Below, piece by piece: positions 60,713-64,000 of a stretch of DNA of 64,000 nt; the first letter of the stretch is position 1, and each line of letters begins with the position of its first letter. Where the stretch lies: positions 21,566 through 85,565 of the forward strand of contig CACNSY010000006.1 of the NCBI GenBank assembly GCA_902623255.1, given 5' to 3'. The stretch comes from an uncultured Alphaproteobacteria bacterium. GTDB lineage: Bacteria > Pseudomonadota > Alphaproteobacteria > HIMB59 > GCA-002718135. The translations under genes and the position numbers were made by a program. The notes beneath the pieces are model-generated. The model saw nothing but the letters and a program-made list of their open reading frames with translations. It was not told the DNA's origin and ran no database searches.

Positions 60713-61628
60713 TTTAATTTTAATTTTTCTTGTATTTTCTTGTAATGAATTAAATCTTGATGATGTTTCTGATGTTGTAGAAAATAGTACTAATAAAATT
60801 GAAGAAATAATCGAAAATAAAAAAGAGGATAAAAAAGAAAAAAAACAATCAAACAATAATCGAATAAAAGATAATATTTTTTATTATGTTGGTGAACCGT
60901 ATTTTATTGAAGGTGTTAGTTATACTCCAGAGGAAAATTATAATTATTCAGAAATTGGACTATCTTCTTTTTATGGTAAAGAATTGCATAATGTTAAAAC
61001 TGTAAATAATGATATAAATAAAGTTACAGAATTACTTGGTAGACATAAAACACTTCCTATCCCAAGTATGGTCAAGGTTACGAATTTAGATAACGGACTT
61101 TCTATCAATTTAAAAATTATAGATAGACATGATGATAATGCAGTTATTATTCAGGTTTCAAGAAAAGTTGCACAACTTCTTGGGTTTTATAAATCTAAAA
61201 TAGCTACTGTTAAAGTAGAAATACTCTCTGATGCTAGTAAACAATGGAAGAGTGTTGCAAATTCTTTAAATGAAGAAAATTTTGATGAAACTATATCATC
61301 TGCACCAACAGAAATTGTTTCTATAGAAGAAATTGATGAAATTATAGAAACCAATGATGAAACTAATACTATTGCTGAGGAGCCAATTGAGCTTAATTCA
61401 GAAAAAATAACTGATTTTAAATTATATTTGAGAGTTTCAGGATTTGAAAATTATGAGAGTATTGGATCCATATTAGATAATTATGATAACAATTTAAAAT
61501 ACACTTCTGAAAAAAATAATTCTAAATATGACGTAATTATTGGTCCTCTTGAAAATACAGAAGCAAATAATTTGGTTTCATACTTTATCTCAAAAGGTTA
61601 TAAGGAGACTGAAATTCTTATTGAATAA
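60693..61628 (+). CDS. rlpA: RlpA-like lipoprotein (DPBB + SPOR-like), divergent
   Basis: Lipobox VFSC, VGEPY.I.G..Y.P, SSFYG, HKTLPIPS.VKVTNL.NG, C-terminal V.IGP; synteny mltB-rlpA-dac. Confidence 0.8.
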   Translation: MTKYLISLILIFLVFSCNELNLDDVSDVVENSTNKIEEIIENKKEDKKEKKQSNNNRIKDNIFYYVGEPYFIEGVSYTPEENYNYSEIGLSSFYGKELHNVKTVNNDINKVTELLGRHKTLPIPSMVKVTNLDNGLSINLKIIDRHDDNAVIIQVSRKVAQLLGFYKSKIATVKVEILSDASKQWKSVANSLNEENFDETISSAPTEIVSIEEIDEIIETNDETNTIAEEPIELNSEKITDFKLYLRVSGFENYESIGSILDNYDNNLKYTSEKNNSKYDVIIGPLENTEANNLVSYFISKGYKETEILIE

Positions 61629-61663
61629 CAAATAAAGGTCATAATTAAGAATTATTAATATTT

Positions 61664-62797
61664 ATGGTAAAAATTTTTAGCTTTTTTTTATTTTTTATTA
61701 TTTCTTTAAAACTTTACGCTATTGATACAAAGGCAGAGCAAGCTATTGTAATTGATTTTGATACAAATGAAGTTCTTTTTGAAAAAAATTCTAACACAAA
61801 AGTTATTCCTGCTTCGATGACTAAAATTATGACTGTTTACGTTGCATTTGATAGAATAAAAAACACAAATTTTGCAATTTCTAATGAATGCAGAGTATCT
61901 CCTAAAGCTTATAAAAAAGGAGGTTCCAGAACATTTTTAGAGATAGATGATAATGTAACAGTTGATGATTTATTAAAAGGTATAATCGTTCAATCTGGTA
62001 ATGACGCTTCTATAGCTTTAGCGGAATGTTTAGGAGGTACTGAAGAAGACTTTGCTAAACTGATGAATGTTTATGCAGAACGTTTAGGAATGACAAATAC
62101 AAATTTTGTTAATTCATCAGGCTGGCCTGATGATAATCACTATTCCACTGTCAAGGATCTTGGAATTCTTTCAAATGCAATAATTAAAGATTTTCCCGAT
62201 CTTTATACATATTTCAAAATGGAAGAATTTACTTATAATGATATTACTCAACCTAATAGGAATAAACTTTTATATCAAGTTCAAGGAGCTGATGGTTTAA
62301 AAACAGGTTTTACAAAAGAATCTGGTTGGGGAATAGCTGCTACAGCTTTAAGGAATGATAGAAGGATTACAGTTGTTATAAATGGCACAAATAGTTCAAG
62401 ATCGAGGTTAAATGAGTCATCTAATTTAATAAATTGGGCATTTAATCAAACTTCTCAACAAACATTAGTTGAAAAAGATCAATTTATTAAAGAAGTAGAT
62501 GTGTGGTTGGGTAGTGACAGTAGTATTAATTTAATTAGTGCAAAAAAATTAGTATCAACATTATCATTTGATCAAATTCAATTAATGAATTCTTCTATTA
62601 CATATACAAAACCAATATCTGCTCCAATTAAAAAAGGTGATGAATTAGGAAAATTAATTATAAATATAGATGGAAAACCAAAAATAGAAGTACCGCTTAT
62701 AGCCGAAAAAGATGTAACTGAAGTTAATCCTTTATTTAAAATTTTTGCTGCAGCAAAATACTTAATTTTTGGAAGAAGTTTAGATGAAATTAAATAA
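61664..62797 (+). CDS. dacA: D-alanyl-D-alanine carboxypeptidase (S11)
   Basis: PASMTK (SxxK), SGN, KTG, PBP5 C-terminal domain. Confidence 0.92.
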   Translation: MVKIFSFFLFFIISLKLYAIDTKAEQAIVIDFDTNEVLFEKNSNTKVIPASMTKIMTVYVAFDRIKNTNFAISNECRVSPKAYKKGGSRTFLEIDDNVTVDDLLKGIIVQSGNDASIALAECLGGTEEDFAKLMNVYAERLGMTNTNFVNSSGWPDDNHYSTVKDLGILSNAIIKDFPDLYTYFKMEEFTYNDITQPNRNKLLYQVQGADGLKTGFTKESGWGIAATALRNDRRITVVINGTNSSRSRLNESSNLINWAFNQTSQQTLVEKDQFIKEVDVWLGSDSSINLISAKKLVSTLSFDQIQLMNSSITYTKPISAPIKKGDELGKLIINIDGKPKIEVPLIAEKDVTEVNPLFKIFAAAKYLIFGRSLDEIK

Positions 62798-63395
62798 AGG
62801 TTTATTTATAAGTTTTGAAGGACCTGAGGCAAGTGGAAAATCATCTCAAATATTACTTTTATCAAAATATTTAAAAAAAAATAAAATTCCTTTTATTGTA
62901 TCCAGAGAACCAGGAGGAACTGATTTTGCAGAAAAATTAAGAAAATTAATTTTAGATAATAGATCCAAAATTAATAATTTAGAAGAATTACTTCTTCTTA
63001 TGGCAGCCAGGTCAAACCATATCAATGAAGTAATTATCCCTAATCTTAAAAAAGGTAAGATTGTCATTTCAGATCGATATGCAGATTCTTCATTTGTTTA
63101 TCAAGGATATGTAAATAATTTTGGTATTAAAAGAGCTCAAAAACTTCATCAAGAACTTCTAAATAATTTCTTTCCTGACTATACTTTTATTTTTAAAATC
63201 AATCCAAAAGAAATAATCAAAAGATTAAAACAAAGAAAAGTTAAAAACAAATATGATAAATCTAACTTATTATTTCATCAAAAAGTAATTCAAGGATATA
63301 AAAAAATAGCAAATCCAAAAAGATATATAACTGTAGACGCTTCTTTATCTAGAGATATTATTCATAAAAATATTATTGAAAAATTAAAGTTGTAA
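62784..63395 (+). CDS. tmk: Thymidylate kinase
   Basis: FEGPEASGKS, REPGG, AAR, SDRY..SS..YQG. Confidence 0.95.
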   Translation: MKLNKGLFISFEGPEASGKSSQILLLSKYLKKNKIPFIVSREPGGTDFAEKLRKLILDNRSKINNLEELLLLMAARSNHINEVIIPNLKKGKIVISDRYADSSFVYQGYVNNFGIKRAQKLHQELLNNFFPDYTFIFKINPKEIIKRLKQRKVKNKYDKSNLLFHQKVIQGYKKIANPKRYITVDASLSRDIIHKNIIEKLKL

Positions 63396-63398
63396 TTG

Positions 63399-64000
63399 AT
63401 GATTGAATTAATAGGTTTTGAAAAAGAGTATGGAGATCTTCTTAACAGATACAAAACAAATAATCTTCCAAATTCAATTTTAATTCATGGATTGAGTGGT
63501 ATAGGTAAGAGAACTTTTCTTAACAAATATGTTAAAAATATTATAAATATAGAATTTAAAGATAATAATGTTGATCATCATTTAAATCTATTTAAAAATA
63601 ATACACATCCTAATATAAAAATAATTGAAAAAGAAATTGATACCAAAACTGGAAAAATTAAAACTAATATAACTATTGATCAAATTAGAAGATTAAAAAC
63701 ATTTTTAAATTCAACATCAATAATACAAAATTCTTCTAAAATAGTTATCATTGATTCTGCTGATTATTTAAACATTAGTTCTGCAAATAGTATGCTTAAG
63801 ATCCTAGAGGAACCAAAAGTAAATACCTATATTTTTTTAATATCAAACCAGATTTCATTACTTCTGCCAACAATTAGATCAAGATGTTTAAAAGTTAAAT
63901 TTAATACTCATAATTTAACTAATTTTACTAATATCATTAAAAATAATATTGGTGAAATATCTAATGAAGAAATAAATTTTTACTTTGAATTAACTTATGG
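63399..64000 (+). CDS. holB: DNA polymerase III delta' subunit, truncated by window end
   Basis: MIELIGFE...ILIHGLSGIGK...THPN...ITIDQIR...IIDSAD...ANSMLKILEEP...LLPTIRSRC; follows tmk. Confidence 0.9.
   Translation, partial: MIELIGFEKEYGDLLNRYKTNNLPNSILIHGLSGIGKRTFLNKYVKNIINIEFKDNNVDHHLNLFKNNTHPNIKIIEKEIDTKTGKIKTNITIDQIRRLKTFLNSTSIIQNSSKIVIIDSADYLNISSANSMLKILEEPKVNTYIFLISNQISLLLPTIRSRCLKVKFNTHNLTNFTNIIKNNIGEISNEEINFYFELTY

Overview
A 64 kb, very AT-rich and extremely gene-dense chromosomal segment. Many genes overlap and intergenic gaps are mostly under 60 bp. It most likely comes from a streamlined marine alphaproteobacterium (Pelagibacterales/HIMB59-like); this is inferred from composition and from the alphaproteobacterial gene orders uvrA<>ssb-gyrA-coaD-tRNA-Lys, recG<>sdhE-mfd and mltB-rlpA-dac-tmk-holB. 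The right third is housekeeping: yajC-secDF, sodB, uvrA, ssb, gyrA, coaD, recG, a frameshifted mfd, cell-wall genes, tmk, holB, tRNA-Lys and tRNA-Ser. The left two-thirds holds accessory metabolism: a BMP-type nucleoside/purine ABC importer with a phosphoribosyltransferase; an iodotyrosine-deiodinase-like flavoenzyme; a trpB2-DUF1015-serC-serA phosphoserine module; a modified-nucleoside salvage cluster (PHYHD1-like dioxygenase, nucleoside hydrolase, psuG, psuK); a kinase-M23-PLP phospho-lyase triple fusion; mcl-mtkAB; and an omega-transaminase flanked by DMT transporters. The best candidate for an uncharacterised system is a 7-gene cluster (29283-35215) that appears to build an unknown GTP-derived metabolite. 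It encodes a creatininase/deformylase, an MDR dehydrogenase, a PTPS-IV-type T-fold enzyme, a GT4 glycosyltransferase, a methyltransferase-fold protein, a stand-alone RibD reductase and GTP cyclohydrolase II. I saw no CRISPR array, transposase, integrase or rRNA. All assignments come from motif recognition by eye; no database searches were run.
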